A stretch of 64,000 nt of DNA from Eledone cirrhosa (GCA_964016885.1 OZ024756.1:33170001-33234000); one strand, 5' to 3'; shown: positions 17,381-32,611, counted from the stretch's first letter. The notes: a model not told the origin generated them from the sequence alone. Program-made: numbers and translations.

Positions 17381-17682
17381 ATATCACATAAGAAACGGAG
17401 AATCAGTGTTGCGACGAATAAAATTTATTAGAAATATTACAATCGTTTCTCTGGCGATCAGCTCGAGGCACGATCGATGTAATGATCGAACCTGACTCTG
17501 AAGTCGCAAGGTCGTGGGATACGTCTCGATTCTACGAAGCGTATCTGACGACCTTGCGATTTCAGAATCAGGTTCGATCATTACATCGATCGTACCTCGA
17601 GCTGGTCGCCAGAGAAACGATTGTAATATGTCTAATACATTTTATTCGTCGCAACACTGATTCTACGTTTCTTATGTGATAT
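17381..17682. repeat. 302-bp fold-back palindrome (duplicated at 21038-21339)
   Basis: Arms ATATCACATAAGAAAC... and ...GTTTCTTATGTGATAT; the ORF track shows near-identical ORFs on both strands. Confidence 0.95.
17539..17631 (+). ncRNA. Minimal type I hammerhead motif in the right arm of the palindrome
   Basis: GCGTAT-CTGACGA-[long stem II]-GAAAC-GATT-GTA-ATATGT; stem I pairs with G-U wobbles; the left-arm copy has the core mutated to CCCACGA. Confidence 0.6.
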
Positions 17683-18315
17683 CATACTCTGCTCTGTAAG
17701 AGCATTGAGTGCTCAAACGCCATACCGCAAGTGAGAAACTCGAGAGTTAAATATATTTAACGTTTTATAATTTAGCCAAAAATCGTTATTTCATTTCCTT
17801 ATACTAAATAGTTCTGCGTATATCGTATTAACATCAATATATTAAATGTTGGTGGGATGGTAGGAAAGGCTTTTCTACTTTCAACGAAAGTTCTCAACAA
17901 TTCAGATGTAATTCATGTTGTCTTTGTTCTGGCTTTTTTTTTTTATCGATTAACATTCTTGCTTGAATACAAATGTGTTATATGGTGGCGTCGTAATTTG
18001 GTGTATTATGTTGTTGTATGTTTGTATATTTGTTTCAATATTTTTTTTTTACTATTTTATTTTACTATATTCTGTGTGTGGTTCACTTTAATGGGAGTGG
18101 AATATTTAGAATTCTATAGATTTTCATAGCTTTAGTTCTATTTCCACATATTTAGTGTCTTTTCAGCTTTGTACTCTCTTATAATCAATTATCTCAGCTA
18201 ATTTATAAACTAATGAAGGAGCATGAACCTTCTATTTGGAAGTCAATTATTATAAAACAGATTGCCTTAACCGATATGCATTTGCGTAAGGTATCTGCAC
18301 ACATACACTTTAGTA

Positions 18316-18408
<93 letters not shown>

Positions 18409-19930
18409 ATAGAGAGGGAGAGAGGAAGAGAGAGAGTGAAAGAAAGAGAGGTAGTAGATAGAATGTTACTAATTCAGACAAGTGAAAACATTCTTCAACT
18501 AAATACTTCATACATTAATGGAAGTAGAATGTAAATGTTATTATATAATATCTTACCCCTAGGGCAATGATGGGATTACACCAACATTACGACTCCTTGG
18601 TTGCTCGAAATAATTGAAATAGGAAAACTATCCTCAGAGCCGTGGATATGTCCGAAATACTTACAAATGTGTATACAACGTTAGAAGCAACTTAGACCAA
18701 TTATGTATTAAACTTAATGACATCCTCCGGGAAAACGCCTTCTACATTCTGTCCGCCGGGGCTGTGAGGATGCTAGCACGTAGGATCCCGGGGAGGGCGA
18801 GAGAGATGGAAGCGATGACAGTGGGAATTCGGCTCTTCCATGTTCGGATCATATCCTTGTAGTTGTGTTCATTATCAATAGATAACTTTACTAGTGGTGT
18901 CCAACTCCATAATCTTTCGTTTTCTGAACCCTTTTCGATTATTCACGAATTCAACCTTTTACTGTCATAACAAGGAAATAATCTGTTGTTTAACATCGAT
19001 GCAATCGTATACATCTATATATTTATAGATGTGTGAGCACACGCACCATGTAGATTATGAGTTCAATCCTCAGACCAGTAACATTTGTTTCTATCTTAAG
19101 AAAGACATTTTATGTAACTTTGCTTCAATCCACTTGATCGGGTAAAAAATTAATTTCGAAATCACTGATGCTAAGCAGTATCGATCTATGTTTTGTTTTC
19201 CTTTGAGGCACATCGTCTCCACATCGAGGAGAGGGGAGACTAGTTTACAAAGATGACTGCAGCTCTCAGACAAATTCCCATACCCAAGATTATTCTTCAA
19301 TGAGGAAATATTCAGGTGTAAAATAATATTTTGTCATTCACCGAAATGAGACGGCGGGGTGGGGGTTGGCTAGGGGGGCGTTTTACATATCGCTTCTTCA
19401 TAGATATTTTCTAAATCTAAATTCCCATTGTCATCAAATACTCTTGCAAATTATGTAGAAGTTTAGATATTCATATTCAACTTTACCTAACAACACATGC
19501 AATTATATTCCAACTTTTTAAAAGTTAAATTGCTAAACGGCTCCCAAGTCTTCGTTACCTAGTATTTATCTATGGCTGTTTGCTGTATAAATGATACTTG
19601 ATTTTCAATTGAGTAATACAAAGGGAAGTTCTGCGAGGAGCTCCAAGGTATCAATTTCAAATACTTTCATATTGAATCGTTACACAATGTTAGCATAAAT
19701 GCTGATACTTTAGGATTCTTTTATATTATTCTACATTTGATAGTCTCATTTGCAACAGCATTAATAAACTAAATGCCCAGACGAATAACTCTAAGCTATA
19801 AATTGAAACACAAACTGCTTGTGGAATGGAATTAGTACATTACACTAATTGTCTTAAATTACAGCGCCTGAAAACTTTTAAACGTTCTAACTTAACAATA
19901 CAGAATTACCAGGAAACATTTCTTGATAGG

Positions 19931-20130
19931 NNNNNNNNNNNNNNNNNNNNNNNNNNNNNNNNNNNNNNNNNNNNNNNNNNNNNNNNNNNNNNNNNNNNNN
20001 NNNNNNNNNNNNNNNNNNNNNNNNNNNNNNNNNNNNNNNNNNNNNNNNNNNNNNNNNNNNNNNNNNNNNNNNNNNNNNNNNNNNNNNNNNNNNNNNNNNN
20101 NNNNNNNNNNNNNNNNNNNNNNNNNNNNNN
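19931..20130. other. Assembly gap (200 N)
   Basis: Run of N. Confidence 1.
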
Positions 20131-20673
20131 ATGGCGTCATTTAACACCAAATTACTTCTCCCGATGATTATTAATTGCTCCTAATTAAGCTAATGTGCCC
20201 AAATAGTATTATTAATGAAATTTTCTGTTGTGTAATCTCTACGCATTTGATTATCATTCGTAATATATTTTGCTTTCATGAATGAATCATAAACCTCATA
20301 CCAGAATCTTCTCTCAGGGGAAGACATGAATATATTTTGTTGAATATTAATTATTCCTTTTGTTATTTATTTTAAACCTAATATAGTTATTTGCCGGTTT
20401 CACATCTCTGCCGCAATCGTTTCTAAATTAGTCTCAAATGTTCACATTCTTCACATTAATCCCGCATCTTTTTTTTCTCTCTCTCTCTCTCCAGCTCTCT
20501 TTCTCTCTCTTCAGCTCTCTCTCAGCTCTTTCTCTAACAATATATTTATATTTATATCCCTACCTATCTAACTATCTATTATTTTTACCTCAGTATATTT
20601 TTCTCAACACCCAGTAAAATATAATTCTATAACTTTTACTCAGTCCACATAAATGAATCATCAACTACCGCCC

Positions 20674-20801
<128 letters not shown>

Positions 20802-21968
20802 TACATACATATATATATATGTATACACCTATCTATATATTGTTTCCGAAGAAGACGGTCTGATCGAACTTATATATCAGGTCTGATAGTATACAGTTAT
20901 ATAACTGATATAGATCAGACAATATATCAATATGATCAACCCTCCGAAACGATCGTAAATAATGATATGAATAAATAACTTAACTTTGTTGTTTTTATTT
21001 TCATTATTAATTTAATACCTTATACACCGATATATCTATATCACATAAGAAACGGAGAATCAGTGTTGCGACGAATAAAATTTATTAGAAATATTACAAT
21101 CGTTTCTCTGGCGATCAGCTCGAGGCACGATCGATGTAATGATCGAACCTGACTCTGAAGTCGCAAGGTCGTGGGATACGTCTCGATTCTACGAAGCGTA
21201 TCTGACGACCTTGCGATTTCAGAATCAGGTTCGATCATTACATCGATCGTACCTCGAGCTGGTCGCCAGAGAAACGATTGTAATATGTCTAATACATTTT
21301 ATTCGTCGCAACACTGATTCTACGTTTCTTATGTGATATCATACTCTGCTCTGTAAGAGCATTGAGTGCTCAAACGCCATACCGCAAGTGAGAAACTCGA
21401 GAGTTAAATATATTTAACGTTTGATAATTTAGCCAAAAATCGTTATTTCATTTCCTTATACTAAATAGTTCTGCGTATATCGTATTAACATCAATATATT
21501 AAATGTTGGTGGGATGGTAGGAAAGGCTTTCTACTTTCAACGAAAGTTCTCAACAATTCAGATGTAATTCATGTTGTCTTTGTTCTGGCTTTTTTTTTTA
21601 TCGATTAACATTCTTGCTTGAATACAAATGTGTTATATGGTGGCGTCGTAATTTGGTGTATTATGTTGTTGTATGTTTGTATATTTGTTTCAATATTTTT
21701 TTTTACTATTTTATTTTACTATATTCTGTGTGTGGTTCACTTTAATGGGAGTGGAATATTAGAATTCTATAGATTTTCATAGCTTTAGTTCTATTTCCAC
21801 ATATTTAGTGTCTTTTCAGCTTTGTACTCTCTTATAATCAATTATCTCAGCTAATTTATAAACTAATGAAGGAGCATGAACCTTCTATTTGGAAGTCAAT
21901 TATTATAAAACAGATTGCCTTAACCGATATGCATTTGCGTAAGGTATCTGCACACATACACTTTAGTA

Positions 21969-22065
<97 letters not shown>

Positions 22066-24095
22066 ATAGAGAGGGAGAGAGGAAGAGAGAGAGTGAAAGA
22101 AAGAGAGGTAGTAGATAGAATGTTACTAATTCAGACAAGTGAAAACATTCTTCAACTAAATACTTCATACATTAATGGAAGTAGAATGTAAATGTTATTA
22201 TATAATATCTTACCCCTAGGGCAATGATGGGATTACAGCAACATTACGACTCCTTGGTTGCTCGAAATAATTGAAATAGGAAAACTATCCTCAGAGCCGT
22301 GGATATGTCCGAAATACTTACAAATGTGTATACAACGTTAGAAGCAACTTAGACCAATTATGTATTAAACTTAATGACATCCTCCGGGAAAACGCCTTCT
22401 ACATTCTGTCCGCCGGGGCTGTGAGGATGCTAGCACGTAGGATCCCGGGGAGGGCGAGAGAGATGGAAGCGATGACAGTGGGAATTCGGCTCTTCCATGT
22501 TCGGATCATATCCTTGTAGTTGTGTTCATTATCAATAGATAACTTTACTAGTGGTGTCCAACTCCATAATCTTTCGTTTTCTGAACCCTTTTCGATTATT
22601 CACGAATTCAACCTTTTACTGTCATAACAAGGAAATAATCTGTTGTTTAACATCGATGCAATCGTATACATCTATATATTTATAGATGTGTGAGCACACG
22701 CACCATGTAGATTATGAGTTCAATCCTCAGACCAGTAACATTTGTTTCTATCTTAAGAAAGACATTTTATGTAACTTTGCTTCAATCCACTTGATCGGGT
22801 AAAAAATTAATTTCGAAATCACTGATGCTAAGCAGTATCGATCTATGTTTTGTTTTCCTTTGAGGCACATCGTCTCCACATCGAGGATAGGGGAGACTAG
22901 TTTACAAAGATGACTGCAGCTCTCAGACAAATTCCCATACCCAAGATTATTCTTCAATGAGGAAATATTCAGGTGTAAAATAATATTTTGTCATTCACCG
23001 AAATGAGACGGCGGGGTGGGGGTTGGCTAGGGGGGCGTTTTACATATCGCTTCTTCATAGATATTTTCTAAATCTAAATTCCCATTGTCATCAAATACTC
23101 TTGCAAATTATGTAGAAGTTTAGATATTCATATTCAACTTTACCTAACAACACATGCAATTATATTCCAACTTTTTAAAAGTTAAATTGCTAAACGGCTC
23201 CCAAGTCTTCGTTACCTAGTATTTATCTATGGCTGTTTGCTGTATAAATGATACTTGATTTTCAATTGAGTAATACAAAGGGAAGTTCTGCGAGGAGCTC
23301 CAAGGTATCAATTTCAAATACTTTCATATTGAATCGTTACACAATGTTAGCATAAATGCTGATACTTTAGGATTCTTTTATATTATTCTACATTTGATAG
23401 TCTCATTTGCAACAGCATTAATAAACTAAATGCCCAGACGAATAACTCTAAGCTATAAATTGAAACACAAACTGCTTGTGGAATGGAATTAGTACATTAC
23501 ACTAATTGTCTTAAATTACAGCGCCTGAAAACTTTTAAACGTTCTAACTTAACAATACAGAATTACCAGGAAACATTTCTTGATAGGGATAACTAAGTAT
23601 ATTTGCACATTCATACTCATACACACGCACACATACATACACACATATATACATACATAGATACATACACACACACGTACATACATAGATGCAAGCATGC
23701 ATACATACATGCACACACACTTATTCACGACTACATAGGCACACACATACACATACGAACCCTACACAAGCACATACATACAAAAAAGTATGTGTATTAT
23801 ATATATGTTAATCGAGTATATGTGTATCTGTGCCTGTGGGGATGTTTGTGTGTCTATAATTATATATAAGGCTGAACTCAGATATATATATATATTTATA
23901 TATGAGTTCAGCCCTTTTCGTTGTTATGGCAATGCGGCTGGACTGCCGATCGGTATATTTGATTTGCAATGCTGTCTAAACGTATTGTTATAACTCTGGG
24001 TATTATTCTCCATCGAGTGCTAAAGCTACTTTCCGAATCTGCATTCGTTAGCTTAGCCGCAGCCTAAAGCTTCGTTAATGCTGTACTAAAATTTG

Positions 24096-24138
<43 letters not shown>

Positions 24139-24202
24139 AGGTAAGTAGTTTGACTTGTAGATATATTATTCTGGGTTCACTCTCCAGGCAAATGTTTCCT
24201 AC

Positions 24203-24279
24203 CATAGTCACGATACATATCTGATTGGAATTTTCTAGGCAGAAACTGTCGGATGGAATGTATCCGTCACATCCTCTGT
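24203..24279 (-). CDS. Candidate 77-nt exon (xRGCDGYIPSDSFCLENSNQICIVTM, phase 1 to 0)
   Basis: Acceptor ATTCATTTAG|, donor ATG|GTAGGA; only one frame is open and it fits the flanking exons. Confidence 0.55.
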
Positions 24280-24550
24280 CTAAATGAATCATCTTAAGAA
24301 TTACATCATGAGTACTTGTAACTATTGAATACTCAGTTACTACGATATACTAAAATTAGTCTGTGAATGTAATGGCGAGTGACGTATGGTTAACATGTAC
24401 ATAATGATGTACTGGCATGGTGAACTTCCGGACTTGTGACAGATTGTAAAACTTTTAACCTTTATCGGTATTTCAAAGTGTTGTGCCATACGTTGCTTTC
24501 AGAAAGACGTATCTAGCAGTTTTATCTCGTATTTGAAAACACACACGTAA

Positions 24551-24614
<64 letters not shown>

Positions 24615-24620
<6 letters not shown>

Positions 24621-24968
24621 TAAATAGAAACTATATTTATAAAACCATATTTATTTTATTATATATATTTCAAGGGTACTAAAACACATTGGTACACTTC
24701 TTTCAGATAAAATACAAAGTTTATTTTATAAATAGAAACATACCCAGGAGAATCTTACCTTATCAGTTGAATATTCTCTTGATCCAGAGAATATTCAACT
24801 GATATATATGTAATAAACTTGAAATATATATAATAAAATAAATAGCTTTTATAAATATAGTTTCCATTTATTTAATATCATTGAATATTTACTCCAGAAA
24901 CTGTCGAGTGCTCTAAATCAGTTATACACATTTATATTTGTCGGATTTCCAACAAATATCCCTTCTAC
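24615..24968. mobile_element. PLE-like terminal repeat family A, inverted pair (24615-24673 vs 24818-24878) with a degenerate HHR at 24653-24713 on the minus strand
   Basis: Homologous to 42601-42840, 45131-45249 and 49295-49480; minus strand reads ATTTTAT-CTGAAAG-AAGTGTACC..AGTACCCTT-GAAA-TATATA-TA-ATAAAAT. Confidence 0.75.
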
Positions 24969-24970
24969 TT

Positions 24971-25076
<106 letters not shown>

Positions 25077-26238
25077 GAACTTGGGTCGGAATTACGTTAA
25101 GAATACAGGTACAAGTTTAAACATGTAGAATATTTTTAGTTCACAAGCATGCTATTCTCTTGACCAAGCTGAAGGAGGGCTATTTTATTTAAAATTCTTC
25201 TCACTGAAGCGACATTAAACTTTCTGTAATCGTATCAATCTATTCATTCTGTTTCAATTTGACATAACATAATTATTCGACATCTATTTAATCGACGTTC
25301 AAATATAATTACGCCATCCAGACGCAATTATAATTATACAAACAAAATGAATCGATATCTTAAAGGTCATTGATCTAATGTTATATAATTAAATGTGATT
25401 AAATATGTATTGATTTTTATTTATTTTTTTAATTTAAGAACCCCAAACAATCATATTTTTTCTATTATGGTTTTGGAATGTAATATAATTATACTTATAG
25501 CAATTATAATTTTAAAATCAAAGTAAATAAGAATCCTCTATCATTAAAATAAACACGCTTTTTATAATTGTTTCTAAGAACGAGAATATTTCAAGCGATG
25601 AAATACCAATGACGGTTGGCAAATCACTGATGAGGGACTAATTTTATAATATGTAACCCATATGCAACAACGCAGTATCCTTCTTCCCATATTTTTCATA
25701 TATATATATATACAAAGAGAGACGGGAGAGAGAGAGAGGGGGTGTTTGGAACGCGGTGAACGAAGTTTAGAATGGAAGTAGCAATAGAAGCTTCACCGTA
25801 ATACCTTTGGTTTATTCGCCCCTTTATTAGACTATATTATAGAAGAAATATATATATATATATATATATAAGAAAATGAGTTCTTTTTTTTATAAAAAAA
25901 AAACGAGATGTCCTACACGGGAGAAAGTATGAGGAACAGAAATCGAAAATACAATCTAATATCTTCCAACGGCTTTTTAACTTCTCTCTGTGAGACAATA
26001 TATATTTTTTCAGTTGTAAAGGCTATCTCTCTCTCTCTCTATCACCCATCTCTCCTCCTCTCTCATCATTCCTTCTTATACTCCTCCCCCACCACTATTT
26101 TCTCTCATCTCCTCCTCTTCCTTACCCTTTCCAACCCCCCCTCACTTTTTCCCAATATCAATCTTAAATTAATTTTCATATGTTGATTTAAAACTTCACT
26201 ATTCACAAGTGTTTTTTAACCTTCAAATCATGTATACC

Positions 26239-26308
26239 TATTTTATCTGATGAAAACGCAGATATCATTTCATGATGATATTGTTTTTGAAATGCGCATA
26301 ATAAAATA
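26239..26308 (+). ncRNA. Minimal type I hammerhead ribozyme with an intact core (PLE type)
   Basis: TATTTTAT-CTGATGA-AAACGCAGATATCAT-ttcatg-ATGATATTGTTTTT-GAAA-TGCGCA-TA-ATAAAATA; 8-bp stem I, palindromic stem III ATGCGCAT, AUA cleavage triplet. Confidence 0.8.
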
Positions 26309-26847
26309 CTTGGAACTCTTTTAACCATCTTTTGATCTTATATTATATATATAAATATATATATATATATACCATGAAATATTATCGTGACATCATAGTG
26401 ATCGAATTTAAATATTAACATCGATCCTTTACAGACGATTCGCATTTAAACTATAATGGCCTTAACATCTTGCCCCCTATCAAGTTTAACACACTTTAGT
26501 CGATACATCTATGAAAATAAAATACCCGAAATGTGTAATAAGGTTGTAATTAGACATGCAACATTCCACCACAAACTGAGTATTCAGTCTCATCTCGTTT
26601 GGCTCGCTCTTGTGATGCCTAATCCCTGTAAAGCAATTACTGATGGGTTTTTTTCTGAAAGGGAAATGTTACAGAATATAAATATATATTTAATAATATC
26701 ATTGGCATAATGATCGATACCTTATTGAAATTCAGTTAGCAATGTACATATTATATATTTATATATATATATATTTATATATGTGTGTGTATATACATAT
26801 ATATACGTTTGTATATTTTGTATATGTATATATACATTTATATATAC

Positions 26848-26948
<101 letters not shown>

Positions 26949-27013
26949 TTGGGGTTTAGAAATACGAGGAAAAGATACTAGATACGTAGTTCGTAATAGA
27001 AGGTATGCCCATA

Positions 27014-27078
<65 letters not shown>

Positions 27079-28070
27079 CAATGGTATATGTATACATACA
27101 TTTTGTACTTAATGACTTCATAATTTCATAATACGTAATGCAATTTCATGTTGTGTCTTGTATATGGATGTATGTTCGCGTGTGCTTTAGTACATTATAT
27201 GTAAATATATTAAAGAGAGAAATATATATTAAGTAATATATATCATATATAATGTTTATATAGTTTTACCTAATTTTCTATTTTCATATACATGACTTAG
27301 GTCAATAATTGTGATCAATAATTGTCAGGAAATAAAACAAAAATATATATATATATCTATTGCAAGTGTGGTGAAATGTATTAACATAACATTTTTAGGG
27401 TTAGCATATTGTTATTGATTACCAAATATTAAGAATTATGATTCACGTTGTTGGTTCACAACTTGATTGTGTTTTTATTTTTTATTTATTTAAATTTAAT
27501 TTTATATCAATTAAAACTGAAACTATGAATAATTTGAAAAGAAACACAGAAATACAACAAAGGAAGACGAGAAGCTTTTTTTTTTCAAAATCGATAACAT
27601 CAGATTAGATTATACTGAGATAATATTTTGATTGGTTCAGTAGGAAAACATTATCAACCTATGAGAACATTAATGTCATATTTCATATAGATGAAATACA
27701 TCAAGCCTTTTTGATGTCAAGCGTCAATGTGTCATTCTTTTATTTTCAATAAGTCGTAGAAGTTCGTTCCAAATTTTGATAGCATTAATGTTCAGAGTCG
27801 TTTTAATGGGGTTGTTAATTGCATTCTCTAGCATAGATTGTATATTTATATACTTTTTTTTATTGTTTTCTTTCGATTTGTTAATTATAAAAACTCTATT
27901 GCTTGTGCTTGTTTCCGGCAGAGTTATGTACGTACAAAAGCGAGCATACACGCAGTAACATGAATTTCCTTCCAAAATTTGAATTAAATGTTACACGTTA
28001 TAAACAGCCAATTGAATGCATACACACACGTGCAAGCACGCAGACACACACACACACACACACAGATGTA

Positions 28071-28150
<80 letters not shown>

Positions 28151-28391
28151 TATATATATATATTCATATATATTATATATATATATATATTCATATATAT
28201 TATATATATATATATATTCAAATATATATGAATACATATATTCATATATATTATATATATATTATATATATATATATTCATATATATTATATATATATTT
28301 ATATATAAATATATATTTATTTGTATATAAATATATATATATGAATATATATATATATAAAAGTATATATATATATATATTCATATATATA

Positions 28392-28425
<34 letters not shown>

Positions 28426-28641
28426 CAAATAAATATATATTTATATATAAATATATATATAATATATATGAATATATATATAATATATATGAATATATAT
28501 ATATAATATATATGAATATATGTATTCATATATATATGAATATATCTATTATATATATGATATATATATATATATGATTATATATATATATGAATATATA
28601 TATATATATGAATATATATATATATGCACATATACATATAA

Positions 28642-28710
<69 letters not shown>

Positions 28711-28756
28711 CGTGTGTGTGTGTGTGTGTGTGTCTGTGTGTGTGTGTCTGTGTGTC

Positions 28757-28838
<82 letters not shown>

Positions 28839-29269
28839 CGAGCGGTGTGTATGTGTGTATAAACGAACATAAAACAAAGACAGTTAGAACTACATACATA
28901 AATTAAATAACCTTCGTGATGTAGAAATAAATGCAAAAAGTTAAAAAAAAAACGTTACCACAAGATAAAATGAAGAATTAGATGCAGAAAATGTCAATTA
29001 TTTTACGTGATATATTTACGTGCTTTTGTATGCGTATTCTTCATCTTGTTTTATTTGTTTATAAAATAAAAAATGGCGGAGAAATAAAGTCAAGCTATAA
29101 AAATATCTGATCTATTATATGAGACACGGGAATGAGTAGTAAATATATTGATGGAGAGATATGTTAATGGAACGTACTGCGTTTGTTAAAATAGATTAAT
29201 GATATTTTATGTATTTAATGGCACACAGTTAAGGGCTTTTATATTATATTATATGTTATATGTATATAC

Positions 29270-29323
<54 letters not shown>

Positions 29324-29334
29324 ACATATATGTA

Positions 29335-29376
<42 letters not shown>

Positions 29377-29406
29377 TATATACCATATATATAATTACAT
29401 ATATAC

Positions 29407-29488
<82 letters not shown>

Positions 29489-30983
29489 GTATATATATAT
29501 AAATTATTTATGGTAAGATTAAACCATGAAGTAATACATGAAAACTCTTATATGGAAGAAGTAAAAAATGTATTGTGTTAACAAAACACAGTGAAAAAGT
29601 TAGTAGTTGATTATAACTTTTAATATTGATCTTAATTAACCTAGTAATTCCTGTTAAAATAGCTAAAATGGAATGGACCTCCGTCTTATTCGATGAAGTT
29701 GTGTTCAATCCAACTTATGAAATTAACTTTTAAATGACATTAGTTTAAGTATCAAGGAGTTGCAATATGATATTATGTGTGACTAGGCTGGCTCGGTGAT
29801 TTACGAGTACAATTCATCCATCGGGCTTCATAACAGCTTCTGTATACCCTGCCCTTCTCACAGGGCATGTATCGGCCGCAAGCAATTATAATTAACACTT
29901 AACCAAGACGACACTCAGTTTGATTGAACCCGGGACCAAATGAGGAAAAGCGAATTTCGTACTATTCGTCTATTCTGCCTCTAGAGATTTAAAGTATGAC
30001 TTTATTCTTCCTCTCAACGAGATTATTTAATGTGCTTCGCCTAATGGTTTATGGGAAATGTTTTTAGCTGTCGAATTTGTATTTTTATGTCTGATATTTA
30101 TGAGGTTCACAAATGAATTGATTTGTTTCTGTTTTCTATGATAAGCGTCTTCGAAACACACAGATCCAAATTAATCATAATTGTCCACGAGCCAAAGATG
30201 GCGCCTCTACGCAGCAGTCGCTCGACCTGAAAAAAATATCTCAGACAAATTTCTATTAAAACCATACACTACCATCTTAGGAAACGCAATGCCATATTGT
30301 ACGATATAATCATTATCATTAACGTTATCATACACACAGGCATATATATGCCACTATATCTCTTTCTCACTTCCTTTCTCTGAATCTCTCTATCCTTCTC
30401 TGAAGAAATCTCCTGTATTCAGACCTGGAGAGGAGTTAGGCTCCGCCAGGTGTGAAAATGCCCTAGATATGCCGTATATCACTCTAACTTTCCTATAAAT
30501 CCACCAGAAGTTACAGGACCATGCATGCAATGTATAGGGAATGTGTTGTGTGATATTGACAGATTGATGGTGATTGTGTAGAATATCTATGGTGTGATAT
30601 TGTTTGATATAGATGTGTAGAATACGTGTAGAATACGTGTTACGCAAATTGTGTTATACATAAATATATTGTGTTATATATAAATATGTTGGGTTATATA
30701 TAAATATATTCTGAATTTTTACGTTCTAGATTCAAATCTTACCGATGAAAACATTACCTTTCTTCTTTTCGTGGTCGATAAATTAAAGCACTATTCAAGT
30801 ACAAGTTTTGATGTAACCGACTTAACCTTCTCCTAAATTGTTGGCTGTGTGCCTAAATTATATATGAATATTAATATTGCTATTAATATTATTCCTTTAT
30901 TGATGAGGTCATTGTAGTTGCTGCTAGTGTTGTGGCTCTTTCTATTGTTCTGTTGCGGCTATTATTGCTTTAGCTGTTATTGT

Positions 30984-31340
30984 CAACAACAACATGATCA
31001 CCTTTTTGAATTCAATGTGTCTAACAAATGTGGGCATGCCTACAAGGTCTTAACACAACACAACTCCTATGACTTTCGGAAACTTTTTTCACGCTCAGAG
31101 TTGCTGAAGCATGGAACAAACTACCTGCATCCGTTGTTAGATACCGAGACACTGCATCCTTTAAAGCCTCCATGCTTCCTGAAGTTGGCCAATACTACAC
31201 CTAATATCCCCCCTTCCATACATACGCAAACATGTATATCATGACGCATTACACTGTTCACTTTCCTGACATTTGTACATTATTCTATGTACTATACATG
31301 CACATTTGATGAGTTGTAATGCTGTACACAATAATTTCAT
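30984..31340 (+). mobile_element. CR1/L2-group LINE 3' end, 5'-truncated, with (ATT)n tail
   Basis: HLFEFNVSNKCGHAYKV...DFRK(frameshift)FFTLRVAEAWNKLPASVV...ASFK matches the CR1 RT C-terminal pattern RGH..K...R..FFS.RV...WN.LP. Confidence 0.85.
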
Positions 31341-31357
31341 TATTATTATTATTATTA

Positions 31358-31443
31358 TTGCCTTTCATCCTTACGGGGTGGATAAAATAAAGTACCAGTA
31401 ATGCACTGGGTAATTGCTGGCCTCGTGCCTAAAGTAGAAACAA

Positions 31444-31481
<38 letters not shown>

Positions 31482-31638
31482 AATAATAATGCTTTGCCGC
31501 ATAGAGTTACGGCCCTTTCTATTCTGAGTTCAAATCCCGCCGAGGTTAACTTTGCTTTCATCGTTACGGGGTCGATAAAATAAAGTACCAGTAATGGACT
31601 GGGTAATTGCTGGCCTTGTGCCAAAATTAGAAACAATT
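31358..31638 (+). mobile_element. Two 5'-truncated SINE S1 copies (31358-31445 and 31489-31638) in the LINE ATT tail
   Basis: Core and 3' ends match S1. Confidence 0.9.
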
Positions 31639-31874
31639 ATTGCATATTATTGTTGCTATTGTATGTGCTGATAAGATGTTGTTGTTATTGTTGTTGTTGA
31701 TATGGTGTTGTTGTTGGTGGTGGTGGTGCTGATCAGGATTAGCTTTCTATACTGGCTACACTAGTTTCATTACGGTTAACTGTGCTACTTATTGTAGCAT
31801 TAAGACATCGTTGGACATATATTTTTACAACAAAAAAAAAAGTAAGAGGGAAGTAATAAGATTATTTCTCTTAC

Positions 31875-31977
31875 TGAAGGAAGGATATGCTAAGAACATC
31901 TGCTTGAAGTTAAATCTCAGTTGCCCCATTAATTCTACATTTGAATCAATCAGGATGATATCTCTTGTCCCCTGATT
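31875..31977 (-). CDS. Candidate 103-nt exon (NQGTRDIILIDSNVELMGQLRFNFKQMFLAYPSF, phase 0 to 1)
   Basis: Acceptor CCCTTATTCTTGTACAG|, donor TCA|GTAAGA, open frame with protein-like composition. Confidence 0.65.
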
Positions 31978-32280
31978 CTGTACAAGAATAAGGGATGATG
32001 AATGGATACTTTCAATTTAATTTCTAATAACTTTAAGTTCAATTCTTAATTAACAATCGTATGATTTGCAATTTATGATGAAAATAAAATAATGGTTACA
32101 GATATAGTCTCAGAATATATTATTTATGCATAAATTACAGCATTTTTTTTAATTATACTATTAAAATTTTAAAAAGCATTCAATTATTGTATAAAAATGT
32201 TTGAAAATATTTCCTATAAGTAATTATAGATAGATCCATCTTTGTCAAGTTCTATCTGTCTATATATCTACCTACCTATA

Positions 32281-32322
<42 letters not shown>

Positions 32323-32547
32323 GCTATGTATCTATCTATCTATCTACATTTCTATCTCTCTCTCTCTATATATATATATATATTATATATGTATCACGTT
32401 CTATCTGTCTATATATCTACCGACCTACATATCTATCTATCCATCTACCTGTCTATATATATATGTGTGTATGTGTGTGTGTGCGTGTATGTGTGTGTGT
32501 ATTTATATGTGTATATATATATATGTGTGTGTCTACGTATATATATA

Positions 32548-32598
<51 letters not shown>

Positions 32599-32611
32599 GT
32601 ATACATGTATA

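Noticed and set aside
17384-17679. Two similar 65-aa ORFs on opposite strands
   Set aside because: A by-product of the DNA palindrome; no recognisable protein motif
18213-18320. KQIALTDMHLRKVSAHIH as a possible PLE GIY-YIG piece
   Set aside because: The resemblance is too short and weak to call without a profile search
25620-25670. CTGATGA-GGG...CCC hammerhead candidate
   Set aside because: No GAAA after the stem and no stem I
30425-30492. Possible 68-nt minus-strand exon (KVRVIYGISRAFSHLAEPNSSP, phase 2 to 1)
   Set aside because: Weak donor (GTCTGA) and incompatible with the phase-1 end of the stronger 103-nt exon; it fits only an alternative phase-2 reading
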